Assembly (NCBI RefSeq): GCF_009834535.1
Contig: NC_045697.1
Coordinates: forward strand, 26,290,001-26,354,000
Source of the DNA: Camelus ferus
Taxonomy: Eukaryota
Direction of reading: 5' to 3'
DNA length: 64,000 nucleotides
The translations under genes were made by a program, and so were the position numbers. This document shows positions 13,872-25,909 of this stretch, one piece after another. The notes beneath the pieces are model-generated. The model made no database searches, had not been told where the DNA came from, and saw nothing but the letters and a program-made list of their open reading frames with translations. Position 1 is the stretch's first letter. Each line of letters starts with the position of its first letter.

Positions 13872-14311
13872 TGAGACAAGTGGGAAGGGGGCAGGGCACA
13901 ACCACTGAAGGAAAGAAACAACAATTGAGGATAGGACAAACTGGTGAGAACCAAGATGGTGGAAGATTCAACTTCTAGTAGATCTTGAGTCTCACGGCAC
14001 ATCCACAAAAGTCATGACAGTTCCCAGGCTGACCTTAAAATGCCAAAAGGTGGGTGGGACTCAATTCCTGGAAATCCCCACCCCTTTCCCAACATAGTTG
14101 GAATAATCTCCCCACTCATTAGCATATGAAATTACCCAGTATGTAAAAACTAATAACCCTACACCTCATGGCTTCTCTCCCTCTTGCCTTTTGGCATGGC
14201 CCGCACTCTGTCTATAGAGTGTGTATCTCTCTGAATAAACTTGCTTTCACTTTACTATGCCTTGCTCTTGAATTCTTTCCTGTGGCAAAGAGCCTATATT
14301 CTCCAGTAACA
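13872..14311 (+). mobile_element. ERV1 solo LTR, MER41-like
   Basis: TG...CA ends (tgagacaagtgggaagggggcaggg...ccagtaaca); flanks GATC/AATC as degenerate 4-bp TSD; ccaagatgg, ttagcata and aataaacttgctttcactttact motifs. Confidence 0.8.
14065..14073. promoter_or_regulatory. GAS (STAT) motif TTCCTGGAA within the MER41-like LTR
   Basis: Exact TTCN3GAA match; function not shown. Confidence 0.45.
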
Positions 14312-15037
14312 AATCTCAGTTAGGGGGAAGATTTCTGGGGATGTACTTTGGTGGAGTTTGAGCAGACATCTTCCAATTGGAAGTCCTAAGATTAGTCTTT
14401 TTAGTTGCCAGTGTACATTTTTCCCAGTATTGTATTCTCTTGTCTTCAACTTTTGGTAAATATCCATATATAGAGGAATGTTTTTCCAGGAAAGAAATCA
14501 CATAATTTTTCTTATGTACAAACGATACTACTAATTCTCTCATTTTAAAACATTTCTGGCAGTTACAGGAGTTTTGATTTCCTGACTTTGATAATAATGA
14601 TTTCAGAGTGTGTGTGTGTATGTGTGTACGTGTGTACTTACGTGTGTACCAAAAAGACATCACCTAATATGTTCAGGTTACAGAGAATTGGGTTTTGTGT
14701 GCTAAGTTTAGGTTTGTAAACCCTTCAACTTTTTCCCTTTTCCCTTTTTATACCCTGATATTTTGATACAAATTAACAAGTAGACAGATTAGAATACCAA
14801 AGAAGGGTCTTTTTTGATGGTAATACAAACAACATGAAATACATAAATGCAAGAGCGGAAGGAACATGATAACATCTACCTCTCAGTATTGCCTCTTACA
14901 GAATTCATTCTCATCGATGTGATGAGTTGAGATAATTGCAGCAGATTCAGAACTTTGTATATATCATTAAAGTTGGTGTACTGGGGGAATGGGTGTGTTA
15001 AAGATTAGGGTGGTGGTTTATCTTAATGACTATATTA

Positions 15038-15243
15038 CAGTGGTTCTCAAATGGTGAGATTTTTGCCCACTAGGGGACATCTGGCAATATCTGGAGACAT
15101 TTTTGATTGGCACAACTGGATTGAGGATCCATTGCTACTAGCATCTAGTGGGTAGAGGTGGGGGATGCTGCTAAGCCTCTTGAAATGTGTAAGACATCCC
15201 CCCACAACTATAGCAATAGCGCCAAAGGTAGAAGCCCTACTGT
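15038..15243 (+). mobile_element. MER20 (hAT-Charlie) DNA transposon
   Basis: cagtggttctcaa...ggggacatctggcaatatctggagacatttttg...gcatctagtgggtagagg. Confidence 0.85.
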
Positions 15244-16449
15244 ATTGAAGTATGCCTCACTGCAGAAGGGGGAGAAGGCAAAGCACCCATGTGTGCTGAA
15301 GAACACCCATGGTGTTCCTAAATATATGCACAATCGGAGAAGGGCCTGGCTGCTTGGTAGGAATGTCCTGCTTTCCCTCGTTTGCTTACTTATAATAAAA
15401 GGTTGTTTTCAAAACATTAATATAGTCGTAGTTACCTATGATAGAGTAGAAGCCTTAGGGATTGGGTAAATGCCTCCCAAAGAGTGTTAGCAGGGATCTA
15501 TTTCTTTATATTTCTGTAGTGATTTTGTCAGTACTGTTTGTCTTGTGCTCTGTCTGAAAATAAAATACTATTTGAAAGTTTGATATAAATTAAACAGGAA
15601 TTATGGCAAAATATCTGAAGAGTCTGAGTCCATTTTATACTCTCTGAATGTAAACAAGTAAAATCATATTTTTTCTAATGGAAAGAGATTTCTTTATCAC
15701 CGAGAGAATGGTTTCTTTAATTGCTATTGATGAATCACAGTAGATTATTTTTTAATTTCTAATTTAAGATACAGCAATAATTAATTTCACTTTTTCTGAG
15801 GAGTGTGATTCTAAATTTGCCAGAGTCTACATATAGTAGGTTGGTGATCATGACGATGTAGCTGCAATGCCAAAAACCTTGCAAATTCAGTTAAAAGACA
15901 GCCCTGTCAGTGAAAACCTCAATCTGGATATTTGACAATAAGCTGGAATGATGTCCAGATGACTGAAACTTTTACTGAATTGCCTGGCTTGTTTTGGCAT
16001 CTTGATGACACAATCTATATTTACAACTCCCTTCTGACTCAGATTATCTCTTGTACTTGGTTTCTAATCTTCTATTCCAGAATGAAAAGCAGCAATTATG
16101 TCAGTAGGCAAGCCACCATTTATTACATTTATTTATGTACTCTGAATTAGGAAAGACAATCCCTGTTTTCATTCACTTCTCAATGGTGGAGTCTCCATAT
16201 AATCTTAATTACCAAATCAAAGATTAAAAGTATTATGAGAATGAGTTGGCTTGTTTTTGGCCAGAACATTTTAAAAATTTAGTAGCCATGTTGGAAGAAA
16301 CATCCTCTTAAGTCTAAAACAGCAGGAAAAGGTCAAGTTAAGAAGATGAAAGGGGAAATAATTTAGTTTGATGTTTATTGGTTTCAGCTAATGTTTAATT
16401 ATCACATAATCTCAGCCAGCCATTGATTATTTTATAGAATTACTATTAC

Positions 16450-16640
16450 AGTAATGTTCACTTAGTGCTGATTATGTGCCAGACATTGATCAAATTGTTC
16501 TACATGTATTATGTTATTTAATTCTCACAATATGTCATTTACAGTGAAACCTACATTTTATAGTTGAGGGAACTAAAGCATAAAGGTTTAAATAATATCC
16601 CCAACCTTAACAATACAAGTAAAGAGTGCAGCTTGGGTAA
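16450..16640 (-). mobile_element. MIR SINE
   Basis: tatgtgccagacattg...atttaattctcacaa...attttatagttgagggaactaaagc. Confidence 0.7.
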
Positions 16641-17163
16641 ACATGACATCGATGAGTGAGATACTGCTACTACCCTTCAGAAACTTTCAGGTTGTAAGAG
16701 TTTGAGTTCCATCATGTCCTAGTTTCTCCATTACCCTTTGTACCACCAGAATCTGCATTCATGAAATAGGAATGTTGATCAAACTATGCCACTGCAGTCT
16801 GCTTTATTCTAACAAAGTATGTTAAATTTCCCAAACCTATTCCTTAGTTGGTGAAAGCACCTAGCTCACAGATTTATTGTGAGGGAAACATGAGATAGCA
16901 GTTGTAAAAACGCTTAGTAATCTGAAGGCTGAAGTTGTAACTGCCAGCTCCAAAGAGCATGATGACACTAGTTTGTAAATTACTGTGACCTCAATGATGA
17001 GATGACTAATTTAACTCCTATTTTACTACCAGCATTTAACCGCTGGGGAGTGGGAAAACCAAACCCTTTAAGATGTACTTACTAAATAAATATGAATCAC
17101 CTCGGGTGTCCTACACCCTCCTTCCTTCCTCCCTTCTTTACTATCCTGAATGTTCAAATCACC

Positions 17164-17660
17164 TGTATCATTAGCTACTGCTGGGTAACTGACAACCCCA
17201 ATACAGCAGCTCAAAAACAAACAAACAAACACCATTTATTATTTCTTATGAGCTGAAGAGGTGGTTAAGCAGTTCTGTTGATCCGAGTCAGAAGTGACTA
17301 TAGCTTGTGAGTTGACTGGGGACTGGCTGGGCCAGGATGACTTGAGTAAGTGGCTTGTCACTGCTTTAAGTGGTTTCTCATCTTCCAGCAGTTTAACATG
17401 GGCTTGTTCTCATGACAGTGATAGAATTTCGAGAGACAGAGTGAAAGTACAAAAGGTATTTTGAGATCTACACTTGAAACTGGCACACTGCCACTTCTGC
17501 CACAATCTATTGATCAAAGCAAGCCACAAGGCAAGCCCAGATGTAAGGGGTAGATTAATAGACTCCTTTTTATGAGAGAGGGGGTTGCAGCATTACTTTA
17601 CAAAGGTTGAGAGTACTGGGAGATGTGGAGAACCAAGATCATTTTTTGCAGTCAACCTTT
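17164..17660 (-). mobile_element. MaLR LTR (MLT1G/H-like)
   Basis: tgtatcattagctactgctg...ccatttattatttct...ccacttctgccacaatctattgatcaaagcaagccacaaggc. Confidence 0.75.
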
Positions 17661-18469
17661 TAGGCCTCCCATGGTCAGTGCTTATCAGTTGGTCAGCTCT
17701 CGTTCACGGCTTTACTCCCTTATCTGTTTAACAGTCAGTCTTTGCCTAAGGTGTCCTTCAGTTTCAGTAAAACTCCTGCAACTTCCTTACACTCTTTTAC
17801 TTCAAATCTGTTAGTTTTCTTGGTTGTTGTATGGCCTGTAGTGGATATATGATTGTTTATGTTCCCTTCCAGATTGACATCCACCACTCTTGACCCCAGG
17901 GTATCTGCATTGACTGGTCTTGGCTGCTTCCAGTGTCAAGGTCAGCTGTGTGTGGTTAGCTTTCGGTATCAGTGTTCTCTGGAATCACTTCACCAGAGAT
18001 TTTTCCTGAAAAACTAATCACCTCCCACTAGACACCGGGGACCAGCATATGGCCATCTACTTTTATAGATCTTAAAACCATAATTTGTGGATTTATGACT
18101 TTTTAAAACTTAGTAAGCTGCAGAGATATTGCCTGCATTGTATCTGTGATCTAGTAATCCCTTGTTTTTACTACTCTCTTTCACTTCTAGTTGGTCTTTG
18201 AGCTTTATGCCAAGCCAAAGTGGGTTTGTTTGTTTGTTTGTTTGTTTTTTTGAGTCATAAAAGAGTATCAGGATTCTCCTTCTTCAAATGTCAAATAGCT
18301 ATATCTGGACCCAAAGCATTGGTGATTATGCTGAGGCAAGAATATCCATCTCAAATTGTACCTTCTTTTATGTGACAATTCACATTTTTTTAAAAAATAA
18401 ATTAGGTACTAGAGCTACATGTTTTTATTTGAATATGCCATTCATTCTGTTTGTAGGGCTGAATAATTT

Positions 18470-19390
18470 GACCTTGTAAGATTATATCACAAAATATTAA
18501 TCCATTCTCTTAATAATGGACATTTGGGTTAGTTCAAGTATGGGTTATTATGAATAAATATTTTTATATATATATATGCATGCATCTTTTTTCATTTACC
18601 CTGTGAGATGAGTACCTGGGAGCAGCTCTGTTGGGTAGATATGTGCTAAATACTCCTTCATTTTGAAAGAGATTTCTTGAGGTATAGTTTACATGCCATA
18701 AACTCACTCACTTAAATATAAAACTCTGGTTTTTGTGTGTGTAAATGTGCAGAGTTGTGTCTCCCTCACAATCCCATTTTAGAACAATTTTATCACAGGA
18801 AAAAAAGATTTTTCAATCCACAGTTTTCTTTAACGGCTTCATTTGACACAGTCAGTCTCTCTTTCTTTGTGAAATGTTTCTATGATTCCAGTTCAATACA
18901 TTCTACCATTTTTATAATTGTTTTTGTGGGTTTCTGTTTTTTAATGAACTTACTGGCCTTTCTTTCTGTGACTTCATTGATGATTTCTACTTTTCTTCCA
19001 AACCCTTTAGCATTAGTTTGACTCAGGAATTAGTTCTTTTTTTTTTTTTTTTCCCCATAGTTTACATTAGGGTTTACTCTTGATATTGTACATCCTATGG
19101 GTTTTGACAAATGCATAATGACATGTAGCCACTATAGTATCATAAAGAATAATTTCATTGTCCTAAAAATCCCCTGTGCTCAGTCTATTCATTTCTCCCT
19201 CTCTCCCTCTCACCAAACCCCTGGAAACCATGATCTTTTTATTGTTTTTGTAGCTGTGCTTTCCAGAATGCCATTTGGTTGGAATCGTAAAGTTAAGTTT
19301 GTAGCCTTTTCAGACTGGCTTCTTTCACTTAATAGTATGTCTTTTAAGTTTCTTCTATGTCTTTCATGGCTTGATAGATTTTTTTTTACT
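18470..19390 (-). mobile_element. Ancient L1 3' fragments (L1ME/L1MC-like)
   Basis: ggacatttgggttagttc; tacatcctatgggttttgacaaatgcataatgacatg; gtagccttttcagactggcttctttcactt. Confidence 0.7.
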
Positions 19391-19976
19391 GCACATGTAT
19401 CTTTTCATTTACATATATGTACTGTTCATTGTTTCTAAGAACGTTTAGAGATTTAGAAAACATTACTTAGAGCAAAAGAGACAGACATCAAAAGATTGTG
19501 TTTTTTTTTCATTTTTATCAAGTTCGGCCACCATCAAACTGATGGATGTATGTCATGAGAGTGTGTGTATTTCAACTGAAATGTGACAGAGGGTACATAT
19601 TCTGTGTTAATCGATGTGATTCAAACATATGGTTCATACACTGACTTTTCTGATACTGTCGAGGGTTAGGAATTTGAAAGATTTGTGAAATCATAAACTT
19701 TAAATTGACACATTTCACTATTTTTGTTGTATACAGATGTAAATACAAAAAGAAAGAGGTAAGAAAAATTACCATTAGACAATAATGGAGAAAATGACAT
19801 TTTAGTTACAACCCTTTCTCTGACTACCCCCCATCCTCCCCACAGACACTGACCAGACAACTGATCGATCCAGGATGTCAGTTGCTGGTTGGGTTCCAGG
19901 TGGAATGTTCCCCTGGGGCTTGTTGTGGCTGGTGGATCCATGATAACTGGGCAGAGCCCTGTGGTGGACCAGTGCC

Positions 19977-20683
19977 ATGGAGGGGCTATTATCCTCTGTG
20001 GAGCTTGGCTTTGGTCTGATCCTTAGGCAGCTGAGTGTGGTCCTGGTGTTGCTGGCGCCCAATGGCCTGTTTCCTCAGTTCATGTTCCAGAGACTCCACT
20101 GGGAGACGATGTTGAGTCTGCCTGTCCTCAGCTTATTGGTAGGTGTCTTATTTACCTTCAGACTTATTCAGTCTGTTAGAACTCAAGTTAATGGAAGACA
20201 TGAAAAGCAGCTGGCAAAAACATTGGCTGCACAGATTGAGGAGAAATGCCACCTCATGGACAAGCTTTGTGTGGCTAAAAAGGAGTGTGCCAAGATGGAG
20301 ACAACTTTAAAGAATGCCAGGCTAGAGAAGAAGCCAGTAAACATACCCAGCCTCGCTGACACTTACAGAAAGTTGATGATGGTCAACCTGGTTTGAGGAA
20401 GGAAATCAATTTTCTCATCCGAGCACTGAAGAGAGAGAGATCCCTACAGTCTATCCAAGAAGAGATGGCAAAGATGCTAAAATCGCTCAAGTTCCTGGAA
20501 GAGGTCATGAGAATCAGCACACCACAGGGGCTTTTACAAACCATCCAGGGGCCGACGCACCAAGTCCTGATGGTCCCTTTCCCAGGAGTGGGCCCTTGTA
20601 TTAAAGCTGTGCTGTTTCCTCCCCTCCACTCAGGCCTCCCAAGCTGCCAGGCTGCATTCACTCTTAGTCAGATCTCCACCTGA
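19977..20683 (+). pseudogene. Intronless cTAGE5/MIA2-like retrocopy (retrogene or processed pseudogene): TM + coiled-coil 1 + short Pro-rich tail, one frameshift at ~20392-20394
   Basis: ORF 19977-20396 (strong Kozak gccATGG) and overlapping ORF 20393-20683 align colinearly with the recalled cTAGE5 N-terminus: WETML..SVRTQ..EKQLAKTLAAQIEEK..LKNARLEK..SLADTYRKL / LRKEINFLIRALKRERS vs WELVI..SVRSR..EKKLALMLSGLIEEK..LKDASFEK..SLEATCEKL..LEDEILCLEKELKEEKS. No introns, whereas the parent is multi-exon. Confidence 0.85.
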
Positions 20684-21257
20684 GCTGCACTGAGGCCAGT
20701 GGAGGGAGGGCAATCCCCTCCTTTGGACCAGAGTTCCTTCAACTTTACCAGTGAGCACAGCAGTGAACTCCTTACATCTCTCATCTAAAATAGATTGGAA
20801 TTCCCAGAACATACCACAAAGCATGGGGCTTTTTTTTATTAAGAAAATGTTTGGATTATCTCTTATTAGTTGTGAAAGGAATGTTGTAATTGAGACTGAT
20901 CTTCTACTTAGTTTAAATCTATAGTAAGCCTCATTTCTCAAGACAGTTTGGGTAACTATTATATATCAGCAATGTAAGTGAAGTGTATATATAGTTATTC
21001 TGTGTACAAATATTGCATTATAATTTGAAGATGTATGCAATTTGTCAATATTATACTTTTAGATAGCCATAGCTTTTATTTTTAGAGTTTAATTCTGAAG
21101 TTATAAGTTTAAGTCAAAGAGGCTTTTTTTACCTGAGTCTGTATAGTTTTTTTAAAAAAATAGATGAACTTTTTAAGATGAAGTTAAATTGTACTCTTAG
21201 AAGACGTTTTTATCATTTAATTTTTATATTCTGCTGTAACAATATCCATAATTTAAA

Positions 21258-21283
21258 AATAAATTTGATAAATTAAAAAAAAA
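21258..21283 (+). terminator. Polyadenylation signal and residual poly-A tract of the cTAGE5-like retrocopy
   Basis: AATAAA at 21258-21263 and A9 at 21275-21283, ending ~580 bp of AT-rich 3'UTR-like sequence. Confidence 0.6.
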
Positions 21284-21929
21284 GAATTTCATTTTCCTCT
21301 AATTGGTCTTGTTGGACTGAGTTTTTAGGTCTTCTCTAGGACTTCAATTTTATTTCTCAAGTTTCTTTTCTCATCTACCTGAAACCCATCTATTTGGATT
21401 ATACCAAATAAACTTTTGGTAAATGTATATTTATCTTTATTAGAAACAGGTGTCTTCATAGAATTTCTAGTAGTTTGGAAGAATTTGAATGTACTAGAAT
21501 CATAGCATGTGTGTCAGCTGCAGTTAGCATTCTAGCTAAGGGGAGTTTATTGTTCCAGTTTTAGTCATTATAATACAGTCCTGTTTAACATTGCATGATC
21601 TGTGGATTGCCATAAACTTGGTACAAATTGGAGTGCTGATATAACATGAAATGAAGCGTCTCGTCTGAATGTTGCTTTTGTTTTGCATTTAACAAATTAG
21701 TATGTTTCTATTTGTCACTGATGGATTTCATTATTTGCTGTAAGGGTTTTAAGGGGTTTGACAGCATGAATGGTTTGTCCTACAGACTTTTGAGAACTGA
21801 TAAAGCATCTTTGTTGTTTGTACAAAAGCACCACAGATATCTTATAGATGGGCATAAGGGATGGCTTGTGTAGCTGCAACATAAAATAAACCAAGAAAAT
21901 AATTTTTGAGTTGCTGAAAAAAAAAAATT

Positions 21930-24620
21930 AGGTACTAAATATGTGTGGTTCCAAAAATCTGTCATGCTTTATTTCCATATCTACCCAGATACATAACTAC
22001 TGTTACGCGTCTCTTGAACATTTTTCCAGACTATTTTTATAAAAATATGAAGAAGTTATAAATATATAGTCTTATTTTCATTTTTTCATGACAGATATAT
22101 CATGCATACTTCTCTGAAGTTTGTTTTACTTCTTATATTTTGGAAATCTCTAGTTTAAAGAGAGCTTTCTCATTCTTTTTTTTTTTCAGTTGCAAAGTAT
22201 TCCATTGGATAGATGTATTATACTTTATTTAACCAACTCCCCTACTGATAGACATTTAGGTTGTTTTCAGTCTGTTGATATGATAAGCAATGTCTCAATT
22301 CTCCAGTAAGTCTGAACATAAGTTGAACATTTCAGATATATGCAATAGTATCTACAGGAAAAAATAATTATTTGCATTATGGCTGCTGGATTGAAGAGTC
22401 TATATCTTTATAAGTTTTATATGTTGTCAAATATACTACCATAGAATTTGTACAAATTTACATTAATACCATCCATAATCAAAAGTGTTTTGCTAAGCTT
22501 CATCAACAAGGTGAATTCTCAAGCATTTTTTTTTTTTTATTTTTTCCAATTGGACAGATATAAAGCAATATCTTAGAGTGATTTTATTTTGTATGTCTCT
22601 TAGGAATAAAATTGAACACCTTTTATATGTTTCTGAACCATTTGTATTTCACTTTCTTTTAACTGTTTATTCATATTCCTTATTTTTTTGGTATTTTCTA
22701 TTTATTTCCAAGAGTTCTTTACATATTAATATTTCTGATATGAATTTTAAATACTTGTTCACAACTTATTTTTCATCTTTTTATTGTAAAAATAGTGTTT
22801 TTATTTTAGATTTTGCAATGTAAAACTTACACACATATATACACAAATTTATCTATCTTTTTCTTCATAATTTGCAGGCTTTGAGTATTGGGAAAAGGCC
22901 TTCTCCAATCCAAGGTTAAAATATTTTCCAATTTTTCATTATTTAATTTTTAAAATTTAAATATTTGAGTATATTCTGGTGTATGGTAAAAAGTATAGGT
23001 CAGAATTACTTTTATAGATGTTTATCTAGTTGTCCCAACACAATTTATTGCATCTTTCCTTTCCTAAGTGATGTTACCATCCATTCCTAGTTTGCTGAGT
23101 TTTTCTTATTAGTAGGTGCTGGATTTTATCAAATTATTTTTCTGCATCAATTGATATGATCACGTAATTTTCTTTTTTAGCTTGTTGATATGATGTTTAC
23201 ATTGATTGATTTTCTAATGTTGATCCCACTTTGCATACCTTGAATAAATCCCATTTGACCAGTATGTGATTCTGTTTATACACTGTTTGGTTTGATTTGC
23301 TAATATTTTGTTGGGGATTTTGCATCTATGTTTGTAAGAGATATTGGTCTGAAATTTTCCCTTCTTGTAATAATCTCTGTCTAGTTTTCATATTAAGGTA
23401 ATGCTGGCCTCATATAATGAGTTAGGAAATACTCCCTCTGCTTTCATGTTCTGGGTGAGACTGTAGGGAATTGTTATGAATTCTCCTTTAAATATTTGGT
23501 AGAATTCACCATTGAAACCATCTAGGCCTAGTGCTTTCTTTTTTGGAAGGTTATTAATTATTGATTTAATCTCTATTTACTGGTGTAAGTTTGGATAGTT
23601 TGTGTCTTTTAAAGAAATAGGTCCATTTCATCTAAGTTATCAATTTTGTGGGCATGGAGTTGCTCTTAATATTTAATATCCTTTTAATACTCACAGGATA
23701 AGTAGTGTTGATTATTCTTTCATTTTTTATATTGGTAATTTGTGTTTTCGTTCTTTTTTCTTGGTTAGCCTGATTAGATGTTTATCAATTTTATTGATTT
23801 TTTCAAAAATCACCTTTTGGTTTTGTTGATTTTTCTCTGTTGTTCTACATTTAAAATCTTCTTTAATTTATTCGCTGATTTTTATTATTTTTCTTTTTTT
23901 CTGCTTTGTTTTAGGCTTAAACTGCTCTTCTTCTCTAGTATCCCAAGATGGAGGCTCACATTATATATTTAGATCTTTCTTATTTTCTAATATATGCATT
24001 TAATATTATACATTTTTCCTCTAAGCACTTACAAATATTGGTAAGTTAGTCATTTTTATATAATTCAAAATATTTAAAAACTTCTCTGACATTGTGTTAT
24101 TAAGAGGTATCTTGTTAACCTGCAAATACTTGGAGATTTTTCTGATACAGATTTCTTATAATTCCAGTATGGTGTGAGAATATACTTTGTATGATTTGTA
24201 TTCTTTTTAATTTGTTCAGGTGTGTTTTATAGCCCAAAATGTGGTCTATATTGGTAAATGCTTCATATGACCTTGAGAAGAATGTTTACTCTTCTGTTGC
24301 TGAATGGACTATTCTATTAATGTCTACAGATCAAGCTGACTGATAGTGATGTTTATGTCAACTGTATCCTTAGTAATTTGCTGCCTGCTTCATTTATCAA
24401 TGACAGAAAGAGGCATGTTGAACTTTTAAGCTGTAATAGTAGATTTGCCTATTTCTCCATCAGCTTTTGCCTCACCTGTTTTGATGTTCTATTGTTAGAT
24501 GCATATATGATTCTTATATCATCCTGGAAAATTAACCTCTTTAACATTATATACTGACTGTCTTTATCCTCAGTAATCTTCCTTGTTTAGAAGTCTGTTT
24601 TGTTTGAAATTGATATAGCT
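21930..24620 (-). mobile_element. Ancient L1 (L1ME-like 3' part plus L1M ORF2 remnant)
   Basis: ccctactgatagacatttaggttgttttcag; antisense ORF2 motifs ttcctagtttgctgag, ttggtagaattcacc, gagaagaatg. Confidence 0.75.
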
Positions 24621-25900
24621 ATTCCAAGTTATTTTATTCTTTTTGATGGAATTTTAAACTGGATTTTTTTAAACTTTCTTTCTCCTAGTTCATTATTCAT
24701 GTGTAGAAAAAGATTTATTATATTTATTTTGTATCCTGCAACTTTACTGAAATCATTTATTTGTTCTAATTACTTTTGGGTATCATGTCATCTGCAAATA
24801 GTGACATTTTTACCTCTCCTCTTCCAATTTGGATGCCTTCTACTTCTTTTTCTCATCTGATTGCTGTGGCTAGGACTTCCAATGTTATGTTAAATAGAAG
24901 TGGTGAGAGTGGGCATCCTTGTCTTCTTGAATTTAGAGGAAAGGCTTTCAGCTTTTTGCCATTGAGTATGATGTTGGCTGTGGTTTGTTGTAAATGGCCT
25001 TTACTATGTTGAGGTATGTACTTTCTATACCCACTTTGATGAGATTATTCATAATTACCATGAATGAATGTTGAACACTGTCAAATGGTTTTTCTGTATC
25101 TATTGAGATGATCATGTGATTTTTATCCTCCTTTTGTTAATGTGGTATATCACATTGATTAATTTTGGATGTTGAAGCATCCTTGTGTCCCTAGAATAAA
25201 TTCAAATGGATTGTGATGTATTATTCTTTTTACATATTGCTGGATATATTTACTAATATTTTGTTGAGGATTTTCATATCTATATTTACCAGTGATATTG
25301 GTATGTAATTTTCTTTTTTGTAGAGTCTGGTTTGAGTTTCAGGAAAATGGTGGCCTTGCAGAATGAACTTGGGAGTGTTTCATCCACTTCAATTTTTTGG
25401 AGTAGTCTAAAAAAGTTAGGTATTAGTTCTTCCTCATGTATTTGGTTGAATTCCCCTGTGAAACCATCCAGTCCTGGAATTTTCTTCACTGGGAATTGCA
25501 TTATAAATTCAATTTCACTACTAGTGATTGATCTGTTCAAATTATCTGTTTTTTCTTCATTCAGTCTTGGCAGGTTATATATTTCTAAAAATTTGTCTGT
25601 TTCTCCTAGGTTGTCCAATTTGTTGGCATATAACTGTTTTGGGTGTTCTAGTATGATTTTTTTGTCTCTCTGTGGTTGTCGGTTGTTATTTCTCTTCTAT
25701 CACTTCTTATTTTGTGTCCTCTCTCTTTTTTCTTGATGAGCCTGGGTAAAGGTTTATCAATTTTGTTTATCTTTAAAGAAAAAAAACAGCTCTTGGTTCC
25801 ATTGATCTTTTCTATTTTTTTTTAATCTCTGCTTTATTTAGGATCCTCTCTGATCTTTATTATTTCTTTTCTTCTGCTGACTATGGGCTTTGTTTTGGAT
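24621..25900 (-). mobile_element. L1 ORF2 segment, probable inverted 5' part of the adjacent L1
   Basis: ORF 25286-25618 (-) [25 protein letters not shown] is L1 ORF2. Confidence 0.9.
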
Positions 25901-25909
25901 TTTGTTTGG

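Noticed and set aside
19977..20683. The authentic MIA2/CTAGE5 locus
   Set aside because: The parent is multi-exon and far more conserved; this copy is intronless, shortened and poly-A-tailed, so no gene symbol was assigned
20383..20941. Minus-strand ORFs overlapping the retrocopy (also 19572-20062)
   Set aside because: Shadow ORFs of the plus-strand GC-richer sequence
19440..21300. Target-site duplication around the retrocopy
   Set aside because: No convincing upstream match to the sequence after the A-tract (GAATTTCATTTT); probably eroded
24600..25736. Several plus-strand hydrophobic ORFs (also at 40111-43329)
   Set aside because: Antisense readings of L1 ORF2, not genes
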